This document shows, piece after piece, positions 7,838-17,802 of a stretch of DNA of 64,000 nucleotides; position 1 is the stretch's first letter; the number at the start of each line of letters is the position of its first letter. Made by a program: the position numbers and the translations under genes. The stretch comes from Dehalococcoidia bacterium (lineage in GTDB: Bacteria; Chloroflexota; Dehalococcoidia; Plut-88900), in NCBI GenBank assembly GCA_965207225.1, contig CBDBLV010000002.1, positions 320,001 to 384,000 of the forward strand, in the 5' to 3' direction. Below the pieces are notes generated by a model. The model had not been told where the DNA came from. It ran no database searches and worked only from the letters and a program-made list of their open reading frames with translations.

Positions 7838-8851
7838 GTGAAAGACAACAGATTCCTGACCGACTACGTCGGGATCCCGACCTTCTACAATGCCCCGACC
7901 ATCGGGCTGGATGACATTAAAGAGGGCATGGGTGTCGTCACCGGCGCCCCCATCGACCAGGGAATCCTGTTCATGAGGTCCGGGGCAAGGTTCGGGCCCA
8001 GGAGCATCCGGGAGGCTTCCCTGATGTACAGAGGTCTCCAGGACGTGGCCTCTGAAAACACCTCGGTCAACGTCGACACCCACGTCGCCCGACGCCTCAA
8101 GTCCGAGCTCAACCTGGGCGATCTCGGTGACCTGCCCGTCCATCCCCAGGACATCATGAAGACAACCGAGTGGGTAATCGACGGCATTGCGGAGATAGTC
8201 AAGCGAGGCGGAGTTCCCATCCTCCTCGGCGGCGACCACTACCTCGCATACCCGGGCTTCGAGGGTTTCGCCAAGGGCCTCATGGAGCGAGGAGAGAGAC
8301 CCAAGCTCGGTTACGTTCACATCGACACTCACACCGACTTCCGGGACCGCTACGGAGAGCTGGGCCGATATAACCACGGCACCTGCGCCCGACGCATCAG
8401 CGAGAACTCGGTCGTCTCCTATAAGAACATGTCGTGGGTCGGGCTGAACGGCACCATCATGGACGCCGACATCTACAAGATGTACAAAAAGCAGCAACTC
8501 AAGATGTCCACGGCCAACGACGTCCGTTCCCAGGGCATGGGGCACGTCCTTAGGTCGGCCATCGAGGAAGCGGCGGACGGGACGGACTCGGTCTACGTCA
8601 GCGTGGACATCGATGTTGTCGACGCGTCCCACGCCCCCGGGACAGGGGCCCCGGTATTCGAAGGCATTACGGCATCCGACCTCCTGGAAGCAATGTCCAT
8701 CATCAGCGAATACGACTGCGTGAAGGCCCTCGACCTCTGCGAGGTAGCCCCGCCCGTCGACCCCAACGGCAATACGGCCTACCTGGCAGCAAGCGGTCTC
8801 ATCGGCTTCCTGGGGGACTACCTGTTCGATGTGGTGGACCTGGACGGCTAG
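7838..8851 (+). CDS. Ureohydrolase (agmatinase/arginase family), paralog 1
   Basis: GARFGPRSIR, GGDH, HIDTHTD, NHGT, SVDIDVVD, EVAP; GTG start after GAGGAG. Confidence 0.92.
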   Translation: MKDNRFLTDYVGIPTFYNAPTIGLDDIKEGMGVVTGAPIDQGILFMRSGARFGPRSIREASLMYRGLQDVASENTSVNVDTHVARRLKSELNLGDLGDLPVHPQDIMKTTEWVIDGIAEIVKRGGVPILLGGDHYLAYPGFEGFAKGLMERGERPKLGYVHIDTHTDFRDRYGELGRYNHGTCARRISENSVVSYKNMSWVGLNGTIMDADIYKMYKKQQLKMSTANDVRSQGMGHVLRSAIEEAADGTDSVYVSVDIDVVDASHAPGTGAPVFEGITASDLLEAMSIISEYDCVKALDLCEVAPPVDPNGNTAYLAASGLIGFLGDYLFDVVDLDG

Positions 8852-8889
8852 CCTTCGCACTGGCGGAATACAAGCGAGGAGATACGACG

Positions 8890-9900
8890 ATGGATGCAGA
8901 ATTCCTGACCACCTACGTCGGGATCCCGACCTTCTTCAACGCCCCTCACATCGGCCTGGAGGATGTGAAAGAGGGCATGGCCGTCGTGGCCGGCGCTCCC
9001 ATCGATAACGGCATCCTGTTCCCCAGGCCTGGGGCGCGTTTCGGTCCCAGGAGCATCCGGGAGTCGACCCTGATGTACAGGGGCCTCCAGGACGTGGCCT
9101 CCGAAAACACCTCGGTCAATGTGGACACGCACATCGCCCGACGTCTGAAGTCGACGCTCAACCTGGGCGACATTGGCGACTTCCACGTCAACCCCCAGGA
9201 CATTATGCAGACCACCGACTCCGTGATAGAGGGCATCCAGGATATCGTGAAGCGAGGGGGAATCCCCATACTGCTCGGCGGCGACCACTATCTGGCATAC
9301 CCGGGTTTCGAGGGTTTCGCCCGAGGCCTGATGGAGCGCGGAGAAAGCCCGAGGCTCGGCTACGTCCACATAGACAGCCACACTGATTTCCGGGACGGAT
9401 ACGGTAACCTTGGAAGCTACAACCACGGCACTTGCGTCCGCAGGATCAGCGAAAACTCGGTGATTTCCTATGACAATATGAGTTGGGTCGGGCTTAACGG
9501 CAGCGTGATGGACGCCGATATCTACCGGGTGTATAAATCGCAGAAGCTGAAGATGTCCACGGCCAAGGACGTGCGGACGAATGGGATGGAACACGTCCTC
9601 AGACAGGCTATCGAAGCCGCCGCCGACGGGACGGATGCCGTTTACGTCAGCGTCGACATAGACGTTGTCTCAGCGGCCCACGCCCCGGGCACCGGCGTGC
9701 CCGTTTTTGAGGGCATCGAGGGTCGGGATTTGCTGGAGGCAATGTCCATCCTCAGCGAATACGATTGCATCAAGGCCCTTGACCTTTGTGAAGTCGCCCC
9801 GCCCCTCGACCCCATCGGCAACACTGCATACCTCGCGGCCAGCGGCCTCCTGGGCTTCCTCGGCAACTACCTGTTCGACGTTGTGAACCTGGACGACTAA
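8890..9900 (+). CDS. Ureohydrolase (agmatinase/arginase family), paralog 2
   Basis: Same motifs; roughly 80% identical to paralog 1 by eye. Confidence 0.92.
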   Translation: MDAEFLTTYVGIPTFFNAPHIGLEDVKEGMAVVAGAPIDNGILFPRPGARFGPRSIRESTLMYRGLQDVASENTSVNVDTHIARRLKSTLNLGDIGDFHVNPQDIMQTTDSVIEGIQDIVKRGGIPILLGGDHYLAYPGFEGFARGLMERGESPRLGYVHIDSHTDFRDGYGNLGSYNHGTCVRRISENSVISYDNMSWVGLNGSVMDADIYRVYKSQKLKMSTAKDVRTNGMEHVLRQAIEAAADGTDAVYVSVDIDVVSAAHAPGTGVPVFEGIEGRDLLEAMSILSEYDCIKALDLCEVAPPLDPIGNTAYLAASGLLGFLGNYLFDVVNLDD

Positions 9901-9916
9901 ACGGGACTGGACGGGA

Positions 9917-11476
9917 ATGTTTGACATCCTTATAACCGGGGGCCGGGTAATCGATGGCACGGGCCAGACCTGGTTCCGCGCCGACGTGGGGGTGACCGGG
10001 GACGAGGTGACGGTGATCAGGGGAGATGCGTCGGGGGTGGAGGCGGGGCGGGTTATCGACGCCTCAGGCTGCATCGTCTGCCCCGGCTTCATAGACATGC
10101 ACTCCCACTCCGACCTCTCCCTGCTCTCCGATCCCAAACACGAGGCCAAGCTGGCCCAGGGAGTCACCACCGACGCTCTCGGGCAGGACGGCCTCTCCTA
10201 TGCCCCGTCTTCGCCAGAGAAGTTGGAGCAGCTCCTCTGGTATCTCGCCGCCGTCAACGGCACCCCGCCCCCTGACATCCGGTGGGGCTCGGTCAAGGAT
10301 TTTCTTGACCTCTTTGATGAACGGGCAGCTTGCAACATCGTTTATTTCGTGCCTCACGCCGCCGTCCGAGTTGAGGCCATGGGCTGGGACAACCGACTCC
10401 CCACCGAGGACGAGCTAGCTCACATGCAAAGCCTCGTTGAGCAGGGGATGAAGGACGGCGCTTTCGGGTTCTCCACCGGTCTTACCTACGTGCCCGGCAC
10501 CTACAGCGACACCCATGAGCTGATAGAAGTCTGCAAGAGCCTCCGGGACTCGGGCGGGATGTACATCACACACTGCCGCTACTTCCTGGGAGACGGGCTC
10601 CTGGACCCCTTCCGAGAGGCTATAGACATCGGCGCCGAGGCAGGGGTCTCGGTCCAGATATCCCACTTCCACAGCCCGGTCGATGGCATGGGCGAAAGGA
10701 TGATCGGGCTGATTGACGAGGGGCGCAACCGGGGCGTCGACGTCACCTTCGACCAGTACCCCTACCCCGCCGCCAGCACCCTGCTACTATCCATGATCCC
10801 GGCCTGGGTACATGCCGGCGGCCCCTCCGCCTTCATGACCCGCATAAAGGACCCCCGAGTCCGCGAGGAGATGGCAGACGCCGTAAACCCCACCTGGGGT
10901 GGAGACATGAGCCAGTACATCTTCAGCCAGATCGGCTCCGACAAGAACAAGGAGTGGGAGGGCCGGTCGCTGGAGGATTTGGCTCGGGCGTGGGACAAGT
11001 CCATCGTCGATACCGTCTGCGACCTGCTGATAGAGGAAAACCTGGACGTGGCCTTCGTTGCCCGCACCGGCAACCCGGACAACATCCGCACCATCCTTCA
11101 GCACCCCGCGCAGATGGTCGGGAGCGATGGGCTCCTGACGGGCAACAAGCCAAACCCGCGCACCTACGGCACCTTCCCCTACCTGCTCGGGCAGCTGGCC
11201 CGGGACGAGGGCGTTATCTCCCTGGAAGAAGCGATACGCAAGATGTCCGCTATCCCGGCCCAGAAACTCGGCCTCTCCGACCGGGGCATCCTACGCAACG
11301 GCATGAAGGCCGACATCGTGGTCTTCAATCCCGACACTGTCCAGGCCACAGCTACTTTTGAGGAGCCCGAGCAGCTGCCCATCGGCATCTACTACGTCAT
11401 CGTCAACGGCAAACTCGTCATCGACCAGGGAGAGCACACGGGCGCACTGCCGGGTCGGGCGCTGCGGCATTCCTAG
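9917..11476 (+). CDS. N-acyl-D-amino-acid deacylase (D-aminoacylase family)
   Basis: PGFIDMHSHSD, GFSTGLTYVPG, DQYPY, GSDG, PRTYGTFP. Confidence 0.92.
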   Translation: MFDILITGGRVIDGTGQTWFRADVGVTGDEVTVIRGDASGVEAGRVIDASGCIVCPGFIDMHSHSDLSLLSDPKHEAKLAQGVTTDALGQDGLSYAPSSPEKLEQLLWYLAAVNGTPPPDIRWGSVKDFLDLFDERAACNIVYFVPHAAVRVEAMGWDNRLPTEDELAHMQSLVEQGMKDGAFGFSTGLTYVPGTYSDTHELIEVCKSLRDSGGMYITHCRYFLGDGLLDPFREAIDIGAEAGVSVQISHFHSPVDGMGERMIGLIDEGRNRGVDVTFDQYPYPAASTLLLSMIPAWVHAGGPSAFMTRIKDPRVREEMADAVNPTWGGDMSQYIFSQIGSDKNKEWEGRSLEDLARAWDKSIVDTVCDLLIEENLDVAFVARTGNPDNIRTILQHPAQMVGSDGLLTGNKPNPRTYGTFPYLLGQLARDEGVISLEEAIRKMSAIPAQKLGLSDRGILRNGMKADIVVFNPDTVQATATFEEPEQLPIGIYYVIVNGKLVIDQGEHTGALPGRALRHS

Positions 11477-11555
11477 TACGTCCGGTTGACGCTCCATAAC
11501 GCCGGATTTACCCTATCCCCGACGGAAGGTTGGCCGACCCAAAAGGGGGTCTCAC

Positions 11556-12527
11556 ATGGCGCAGCAGGTCTTCGATTTAGAGAAGTTCAACGAACAGGGT
11601 TACCTCGTGGCCCGGGACGTCCTGGACCCCGAGCAAGACCTCGCACCGGTCTTCACCGAATACGAGGAACTTCTGGACCGAATCTCCCGCATGTGGTACG
11701 ACCGGGGAGCAATCTCGGATACATTCGAAGGACTCCCGTTCAACGAACGACTGGTCAAGATCGCCGTAGCCACCCGCGGCAACTACTACCCCCACATCGA
11801 CATCTCCTTTACCCAGACCGATGTCGAAGACAAGATGCCCGTACACACCGGCCCCGCCGTCTTCAACGTCCTGCGCAGCCCCCGACTCCTCGACGCTGTC
11901 GAGCAGTTCATCGGACCCGAAATCTATTGCAACCCGGTCCAGCACGTCCGCATAAAACCCCCGGAGAGCGCCCTGCCGGAGGAGATGATCAGCGACTCCT
12001 CAGTCGGGTACACGGCATGGCACCAGGACCAGGGCGTCATCATCCCCGAAGCCGACGAATCGGATATCCTGACGGTCTGGCTCCCTGTCATAGAGGCCAC
12101 CGAGGAGAACGGCTGCATGGCCGTGGTGCCGGGAAGCCACAGGGCGGGGCTGGTGCCCCATTGTCCTGCAAAGCCGGAAGTCAGGCACGTCCACATCCTG
12201 GAAGAGCGCCTCGGCGGGGACGCGATACCCGTGCCCCTGAAGCCCGGCGACGTGCTGTTCATGCACAAGCTCACCATGCACTGCTCCCTGCCCAACAAGA
12301 GCAACGACATCCGCTGGAGCTTCGACCTCCGCTACAACCCGACAGGCCAGGCCACGGGTCGGCCCTGGTTCCCGGGCTTCGTGGCACGCAGCAAGGCCAA
12401 TCCCGACTCCGTTCTCACTAACCCCGAGGAATGGGCATCCCTGTGGGAGCGCGCCGGCGAAGTCCTGGCCAAGGGCCCAACCCCTGTCTACAATCGCTGG
12501 AAACCCGGCGATCCGCTCTGCGCCTGA
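11556..12527 (+). CDS. Phytanoyl-CoA dioxygenase family (Fe/2OG) protein
   Basis: WHQD, TVWLP, ENGC, PGSH, HCS..N, IRWSFDLRY. Confidence 0.9.
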   Translation: MAQQVFDLEKFNEQGYLVARDVLDPEQDLAPVFTEYEELLDRISRMWYDRGAISDTFEGLPFNERLVKIAVATRGNYYPHIDISFTQTDVEDKMPVHTGPAVFNVLRSPRLLDAVEQFIGPEIYCNPVQHVRIKPPESALPEEMISDSSVGYTAWHQDQGVIIPEADESDILTVWLPVIEATEENGCMAVVPGSHRAGLVPHCPAKPEVRHVHILEERLGGDAIPVPLKPGDVLFMHKLTMHCSLPNKSNDIRWSFDLRYNPTGQATGRPWFPGFVARSKANPDSVLTNPEEWASLWERAGEVLAKGPTPVYNRWKPGDPLCA

Positions 12528-12642
12528 TCCCCACCTCTAACATCCACATCATTCCCCCCCGATTCGGCGGCGCCGCCAATGCCCCGGGGATGCTGTACAC
12601 TATGAAACGCCAGTCTCGACACCAACCCGGAGGTCACCATTC

Positions 12643-13851
12643 ATGCGAGAAGTAGCCATTGTCAGCCCCGTTCGCACGCCCGTCGGGAGGTTTGGGGGAA
12701 CCCTCAGGGATATTCCCGCCGAGGACCTTGGGGCGCTGGTCATCAGAGAGACCGTATCCAGGTCGGGCATAGACCCCGAGAGAATCGACGAGGTGGTGCT
12801 GGGACACGGCTATTCCAGCGGCGAAAACCCGGCCATTGGTCGGCTGTGCGCCATGAAGGCCGACCTGCCCCTCCAGGTCACCGGCTACCAGCTGGACCGG
12901 CGCTGCTCCTCGGGGCTGCAGGCCATTCTGAACGCCGCAATGCTCGTCCAGACCGACAACGCAGACGTGGTCATTGCAGGCGGCACCGAGAGCATGAGCG
13001 GTGTCGAATACTACACCCTCGGCGCCCGGTGGGGCGGTCGTTTCGGCAACATGAACCTCTATGATCGCCTGATTAGAAGCCGCGAAGCCTCGACTCCGGA
13101 AGAGAGGTTCGGCTACATCAATGGCATGATCGAAACGGCGCAGAACGTTGCCAACTACTACGAAATCTCCAGGGAAGAGCAGGACGAATACTCCCTGCGC
13201 AGCCATCAGCGCGCCGTTGCCGCCTCCGAGGATGGCAAGTTCAAGGACGAGATTGTCCCTGTGCCCGTGCCCCAGCGGCGGGGGCCTCCCGTGATGTTCG
13301 AAGCCGACGAGGGCCCTCGCAAGGACTCCTCGATGGAGTCCCTGGCCAAGCTCCGGCCCCTGATGAAAGACGGTTCCGTAACTGCCGGCAACTCCAGCTC
13401 CCAGAACGATGCTGCATCGGTCTGTCTCGTAGTCGCTGCAGACAAGCTTGACGAACTGGGCCTCGAGCCTATGGCCTACCTGAAGGGATGGGCCTCAGCT
13501 GGGGTACACCCAGCCTACATGGGCGTCGGGCCTGTGCCCGCTGTCAACAAGCTTTTTGCCAAGACCGGCTACGGCTGGAAAGACATCGACCTTATCGAGC
13601 TTAACGAGGCCTTTGCATCCCAGGTCCTCTCCGTTATCCACCAGTGGCAGGCCCCGAGGGACGACATCCATAACATCCTCAACGTCAACGGATCCGGGAT
13701 CTCCCTGGGCCATCCCATTGCTGCCACCGGGGCCCGCATCCTCGCCACCATGCTCTACGAAATGAAGCGCCGGGACGCAAAGCTGGGCCTGGAGACCATG
13801 TGCGTGGGCGGCGGCCAGGGTGTAGCGGCCCTGTTTGAGCTGGCGGCGTAA
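12643..13851 (+). CDS. Acetyl-CoA C-acyltransferase (thiolase)
   Basis: RCSSGL, ELNEAFA, GHPIAATG, MCVGGGQG. Confidence 0.95.
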   Translation: MREVAIVSPVRTPVGRFGGTLRDIPAEDLGALVIRETVSRSGIDPERIDEVVLGHGYSSGENPAIGRLCAMKADLPLQVTGYQLDRRCSSGLQAILNAAMLVQTDNADVVIAGGTESMSGVEYYTLGARWGGRFGNMNLYDRLIRSREASTPEERFGYINGMIETAQNVANYYEISREEQDEYSLRSHQRAVAASEDGKFKDEIVPVPVPQRRGPPVMFEADEGPRKDSSMESLAKLRPLMKDGSVTAGNSSSQNDAASVCLVVAADKLDELGLEPMAYLKGWASAGVHPAYMGVGPVPAVNKLFAKTGYGWKDIDLIELNEAFASQVLSVIHQWQAPRDDIHNILNVNGSGISLGHPIAATGARILATMLYEMKRRDAKLGLETMCVGGGQGVAALFELAA

Positions 13852-13862
13852 AGGCTTTCCAT

Positions 13863-14822
13863 ATGCCTACATCGCTCTTCTCTGTTTATAGTCAACGGGA
13901 GAATCGAGTCACGGCTGCCCTTTTGGCTGTCCTGGAAAGACTAAGCCTGCCCAACATGGATCGCATTCTCCAAACGTTGCTTGGGAATGACGACTTCAAG
14001 CTGGTCAGATTCCAAAACCAGCCCTCAGGAAAAGAGTCGAGACCCGACGGCATCATAGCCACAAGTCCCTCTATCTGGATTGAAACCAAAACGAGCGAGA
14101 ACGCAGTTGATCCTAACCAAATCGCAAGGCACCTGAGCAGCCTTGAGGGTCAGCAACGATTGCTAGTGCTCACTCCGGATGATTCTCGACCTTCATCTGT
14201 TCATAAGGATGCCGCATGGTCGAACTTCATCGCACTGGCCGTAGCCATTCGCGAGATTCTAGATGACAAAGATGACCCCGTTTCCGAAAAGGAAGCGTTC
14301 TTGCTTAGAGAATTGATGAGACTGCTAGCAGAGCAAGGACTGGTTGTGTCCTCTGAAAAAAGAGTCCTAGTATTTCCCGCTCCCCGTGCCTGGCCGATGT
14401 ACCAGCAACTGAACGTATACAGAAGGTCCGTTGGCAGAACCTTTAGGAAATCAGCCTACCTCGGCTTCTATGCCAATGGGGAAATTAAGCCATTGGTGCC
14501 CAGAATCAAATTAGAAATCAAATCAATAAATCTCAGAAACCGTGATGAAATAGATGCACTAGATGAGGAGAGTAGAGGATATGCAGAGAAGCTGAAGGAG
14601 AATATAGACAACAAGGATTGGTGGGACGAATTTGGAAAGCCTTTCCACCTGATGTTTCTAAGTGGACCAGAGGACGAGGAAACGGTAAAGCTGCCAAACG
14701 CTGTGAAAAATGATAAGAAGGGCAGAGGCGGCAAACGGACGGCCTTCACTCAGAGCTTCACGTACGTTAACTTGGATAAGTTGAGGGTTGCGGGTACTAC
14801 TGGAGACCTTAGAAATGCCTAA
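13863..14822 (+). CDS. Hypothetical protein with N-terminal PD-(D/E)xK-like motif
   Basis: ENRVTA..., SRPDGII...WIETK, QIARH; lower GC than neighbours. Confidence 0.65.
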   Translation: MPTSLFSVYSQRENRVTAALLAVLERLSLPNMDRILQTLLGNDDFKLVRFQNQPSGKESRPDGIIATSPSIWIETKTSENAVDPNQIARHLSSLEGQQRLLVLTPDDSRPSSVHKDAAWSNFIALAVAIREILDDKDDPVSEKEAFLLRELMRLLAEQGLVVSSEKRVLVFPAPRAWPMYQQLNVYRRSVGRTFRKSAYLGFYANGEIKPLVPRIKLEIKSINLRNRDEIDALDEESRGYAEKLKENIDNKDWWDEFGKPFHLMFLSGPEDEETVKLPNAVKNDKKGRGGKRTAFTQSFTYVNLDKLRVAGTTGDLRNA

Positions 14823-14855
14823 TGTGCGTCGAGTTTGCAAAAGGACAGGATTGAG

Positions 14856-15536
14856 ATGAACGGCATCCACGACATGGGAGGTATGCACGGCTTCGGGCCC
14901 GTGCCCATTGAGGAAGACGAGCCCGTCTTCCATGCACCGTGGGAAGGTCGGGTCTACGCCATGGCCATTGCCGCGGGGAAAAAGCGGCTGACCGAGCCCG
15001 TAGGGCTTCGGGCCTACATCGAGGGACTGGACCCCGCCCGATACCTCGCCTCCTCCTACTATGAACGCTGGATGGGCGCCCTCGAAGACGCCCTCATAAG
15101 CAAGGGCATTACCACAAGAGAAGACCTTGACCGGCGCACGGCCCACTTCGCAGATGACCTCGGCTCCCAACCCGAACGCCGCGAAGACCCCGAGGAAGCC
15201 ACGAAGGTAGCCGCCTCCATCTACAGGCACCGCTCGCCCCAGAGGGAGACCGACCTGCCCCAGCGGTTCCAGCCTGGCGACAGGGTGCGGGCCCGCACCA
15301 TTAACCCCATAGGCCATACTCGTCTCCCTAGATACATCCGCGGCAGGTCGGGCGTCGTCGACAGGCTACACGGGGTCCACAGCTTTGATGATGCCAGGTC
15401 CCAGGGCCGGGGCCACGAGCCCCAGCACATCTACAGCGTCCGCTTCGAGGCCCGTGAGCTCTGGGGCAACGAGGCCCCCGAAACCGAATGCGTCTACATA
15501 GACATGTGGGACAGCTACCTGGACCCGGAGGACTAG
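14856..15536 (+). CDS. nthB: Nitrile hydratase subunit beta
   Basis: MNGIHDMGGMHGFGPV, YYERW, GHTRLPRYIRG, IDMWDSYL. Confidence 0.95.
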   Translation: MNGIHDMGGMHGFGPVPIEEDEPVFHAPWEGRVYAMAIAAGKKRLTEPVGLRAYIEGLDPARYLASSYYERWMGALEDALISKGITTREDLDRRTAHFADDLGSQPERREDPEEATKVAASIYRHRSPQRETDLPQRFQPGDRVRARTINPIGHTRLPRYIRGRSGVVDRLHGVHSFDDARSQGRGHEPQHIYSVRFEARELWGNEAPETECVYIDMWDSYLDPED

Positions 15537-15539
15537 CAG

Positions 15540-16163
15540 ATGAGCGACCATCACGACGACCACGAACACGAGGCCGAGTCCTACGCGTCCCTCCGTACCA
15601 GGGCCCTCGAGTCCCTCCTGGTCGAGAAAGGCTACATCACCACCGACGCCATTGATGCCCTAGTCAAGACCTACGAGGAAGACATCGGACCGATGAACGG
15701 CGCCAAGGTAGTGGCGCGGGCCTGGGTGGACCCCGACTACAAAGCCCGTCTGCTTGAGGACGGCACCAATGCCATCGCTGAGCTCGGCTTCCAGGGCGCC
15801 GAAGGCTCGGAGATCGTCGTCCTGGAGAATGTCCCCGGCGCGCACAATGTAGTCGTCTGCACCCTTTGCTCTTGCTATCCCTGGCCCGTGCTCGGTCTCC
15901 CTCCTAACTGGTACAAGTCTTTCGCCTACCGCTCCCGCATGGTCATCGAACCCCGTGAAGTGCTGAAGGAATTCGGCCTGGAAGTCGACGAATCAGTCGA
16001 AGTACGGGTCTGGGACAGCAACGCCGAGATCCGCTACATGGTCCTACCCGAGAGACCCGAAGGCACCGATGGCATGACCGAAGAGGATTTGTCGGGCCTC
16101 GTGACCCGGGACGCGATGGTCGGAGTGGCCAGGGCCCGACTTCCGGAGGCTGTGGGAAGCTGA
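15540..16163 (+). CDS. nthA: Nitrile hydratase subunit alpha, cobalt type
   Basis: VCTLCSCY metal motif (Thr/Tyr diagnostic of Co-type); His-rich N-terminus. Confidence 0.96.
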   Translation: MSDHHDDHEHEAESYASLRTRALESLLVEKGYITTDAIDALVKTYEEDIGPMNGAKVVARAWVDPDYKARLLEDGTNAIAELGFQGAEGSEIVVLENVPGAHNVVVCTLCSCYPWPVLGLPPNWYKSFAYRSRMVIEPREVLKEFGLEVDESVEVRVWDSNAEIRYMVLPERPEGTDGMTEEDLSGLVTRDAMVGVARARLPEAVGS

Positions 16164-16167
16164 ACCT

Positions 16168-16503
16168 GTGGCCGATCTAACTGACAACCAGATCTCCTCC
16201 ATGCAGGGCCTCGAGGCCCTTCCCCGCAAGAACGGCGAGCTGGTATTCGAACAGCCGTGGGAAAGTCGGGCCTTCGGACTGGCCGTCGGCCTCAGCGAGG
16301 CCGGTGTCCTACACTGGCCCGAGTTCCGGGAAGCCCTGGTATCCGCCATCCAGGAGTCGGAACAGCATGGCGATGGCCGCTCCTATTACGAACAGTGGGC
16401 CTCGGCCCTTGAACGCCTGGCCCTGGAGAAGGGGCTGGTTACGGAAGAGGGATTGCAGGGTCGGGCGGGGTGGCTGGAAGAGGAGTCGAGGCACGGGCAT
16501 TAA
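16168..16503 (+). CDS. Nitrile hydratase accessory/activator protein (P14K/NhlE-like)
   Basis: LPRKNGELVFEQPWESRAFG, YYEQWASALE; follows nthA. Confidence 0.9.
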   Translation: MADLTDNQISSMQGLEALPRKNGELVFEQPWESRAFGLAVGLSEAGVLHWPEFREALVSAIQESEQHGDGRSYYEQWASALERLALEKGLVTEEGLQGRAGWLEEESRHGH

Positions 16504-16587
16504 CCCTCAGCCTTCCCATATCCCGTATAATCCTCCCAGCCCATTTGCTTGTCTGTACAACCGCTTGAGACAACGGAGGTAAACCAG

Positions 16588-17760
16588 ATGCTGTTCGGCA
16601 GCGTCTTCATGTTCCGGGACCCAGGCCTTTCCACCCCCTACGACCAGCTGGTCCGGGAGATGCGGGAGTATGTCCTGGCCATGGAGCAACTGGGCTTCGA
16701 CTACCTGTGGCTCGGGGAGCACCACCTGGGTCTCGAGGGCTTTGGCAACTCTCCCAACCCGCTCATGGTCGCCGCCGACATGGCCAGCCGTACCAGGAAT
16801 ATGCGCATCGGGTTTGCATGCCTGGTCCCGACCCTCTGGCACCCTCTCCGCCTCGCCGAAGATGTCGCCACCCTTGATCACCTGACCGAGGGCCGCATAG
16901 AGATCGGATTCGGCCGGGGCCCCTGGCCCCGGGACACCGTCCCCTACCACCCCAACGCTGACCCCCGGGACGAACCAAAGTCTCGCCAGCTCATGCGAGA
17001 AAACATCGAGATCCTGGTCAAGGCCTGGACTCAGGACGTTTTCTCCCATAATGGTGAGAACTGGACCTTCCCTCCGCCCGGCGTCCCGTGGAACACCCCC
17101 TACGCTCCACCCGATCCCCGGGCCACCGAGAACGGCATCATCACCAAGCTTTCCGTGTTCCCCAAGCCCTACCAGAAGCCTCACCCTCCATTGTGGGGTA
17201 CGGTGTCGTCCCCCAACTCCCTGAAGCAGACGGCTGAGCTTGGGTTCAACGCCGTTACCTGGAGGCCGTCGGTGCTTCAAATTAGGGAGTGGTGCGAGAT
17301 CTATGCCGCTACCCGTTCGGAGAGAGAGGGTCGAGAGTTTGGGCTGGGGGAGGGGTGGGCGGTACAGCGCAACACCTACGTCGCCGACTCCATGGAAGAA
17401 GCCAAAAATGACGCGGAAGATGCCTTTCTCCGGGCCCACGGTTTCGTCAGCAGCTTCCACACCGACGTTACCCAGTCCCTCCGCTTCTACATGAATCCCG
17501 GTGAAAAACCCACTCCCGACATGAATCTCGACTGGGACTTCCTAAACGAGCGACAGTTCCTGGCCGGCCCGCCCGACCACGTCGCCGAAAAGGTGCACAA
17601 GCTCCAAGAAGTCTGCGGCATCAATCACCTATTGACCAACTTCCCGGGCGGAGGCGGAATCCCCCACAACAAGGTGATGCGCTCGCTGGAGCTTTTCGGC
17701 ACGAAAGTCATGCCGCAGTTCAGGAAAGAGGCCATGAGCGCGCCTGTCGCTGCGGGATAA
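16588..17760 (+). CDS. LLM class flavin-dependent oxidoreductase
   Basis: LWLGEHH, HPLRLAEDVATLDHL, PKPYQKPHPP; ATG after GGAGG. Confidence 0.9.
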   Translation: MLFGSVFMFRDPGLSTPYDQLVREMREYVLAMEQLGFDYLWLGEHHLGLEGFGNSPNPLMVAADMASRTRNMRIGFACLVPTLWHPLRLAEDVATLDHLTEGRIEIGFGRGPWPRDTVPYHPNADPRDEPKSRQLMRENIEILVKAWTQDVFSHNGENWTFPPPGVPWNTPYAPPDPRATENGIITKLSVFPKPYQKPHPPLWGTVSSPNSLKQTAELGFNAVTWRPSVLQIREWCEIYAATRSEREGREFGLGEGWAVQRNTYVADSMEEAKNDAEDAFLRAHGFVSSFHTDVTQSLRFYMNPGEKPTPDMNLDWDFLNERQFLAGPPDHVAEKVHKLQEVCGINHLLTNFPGGGGIPHNKVMRSLELFGTKVMPQFRKEAMSAPVAAG

Positions 17761-17802
17761 CGACTGCCCTCCATACATCCTTGAAACTGGAAGAGGTTTG
17801 CC

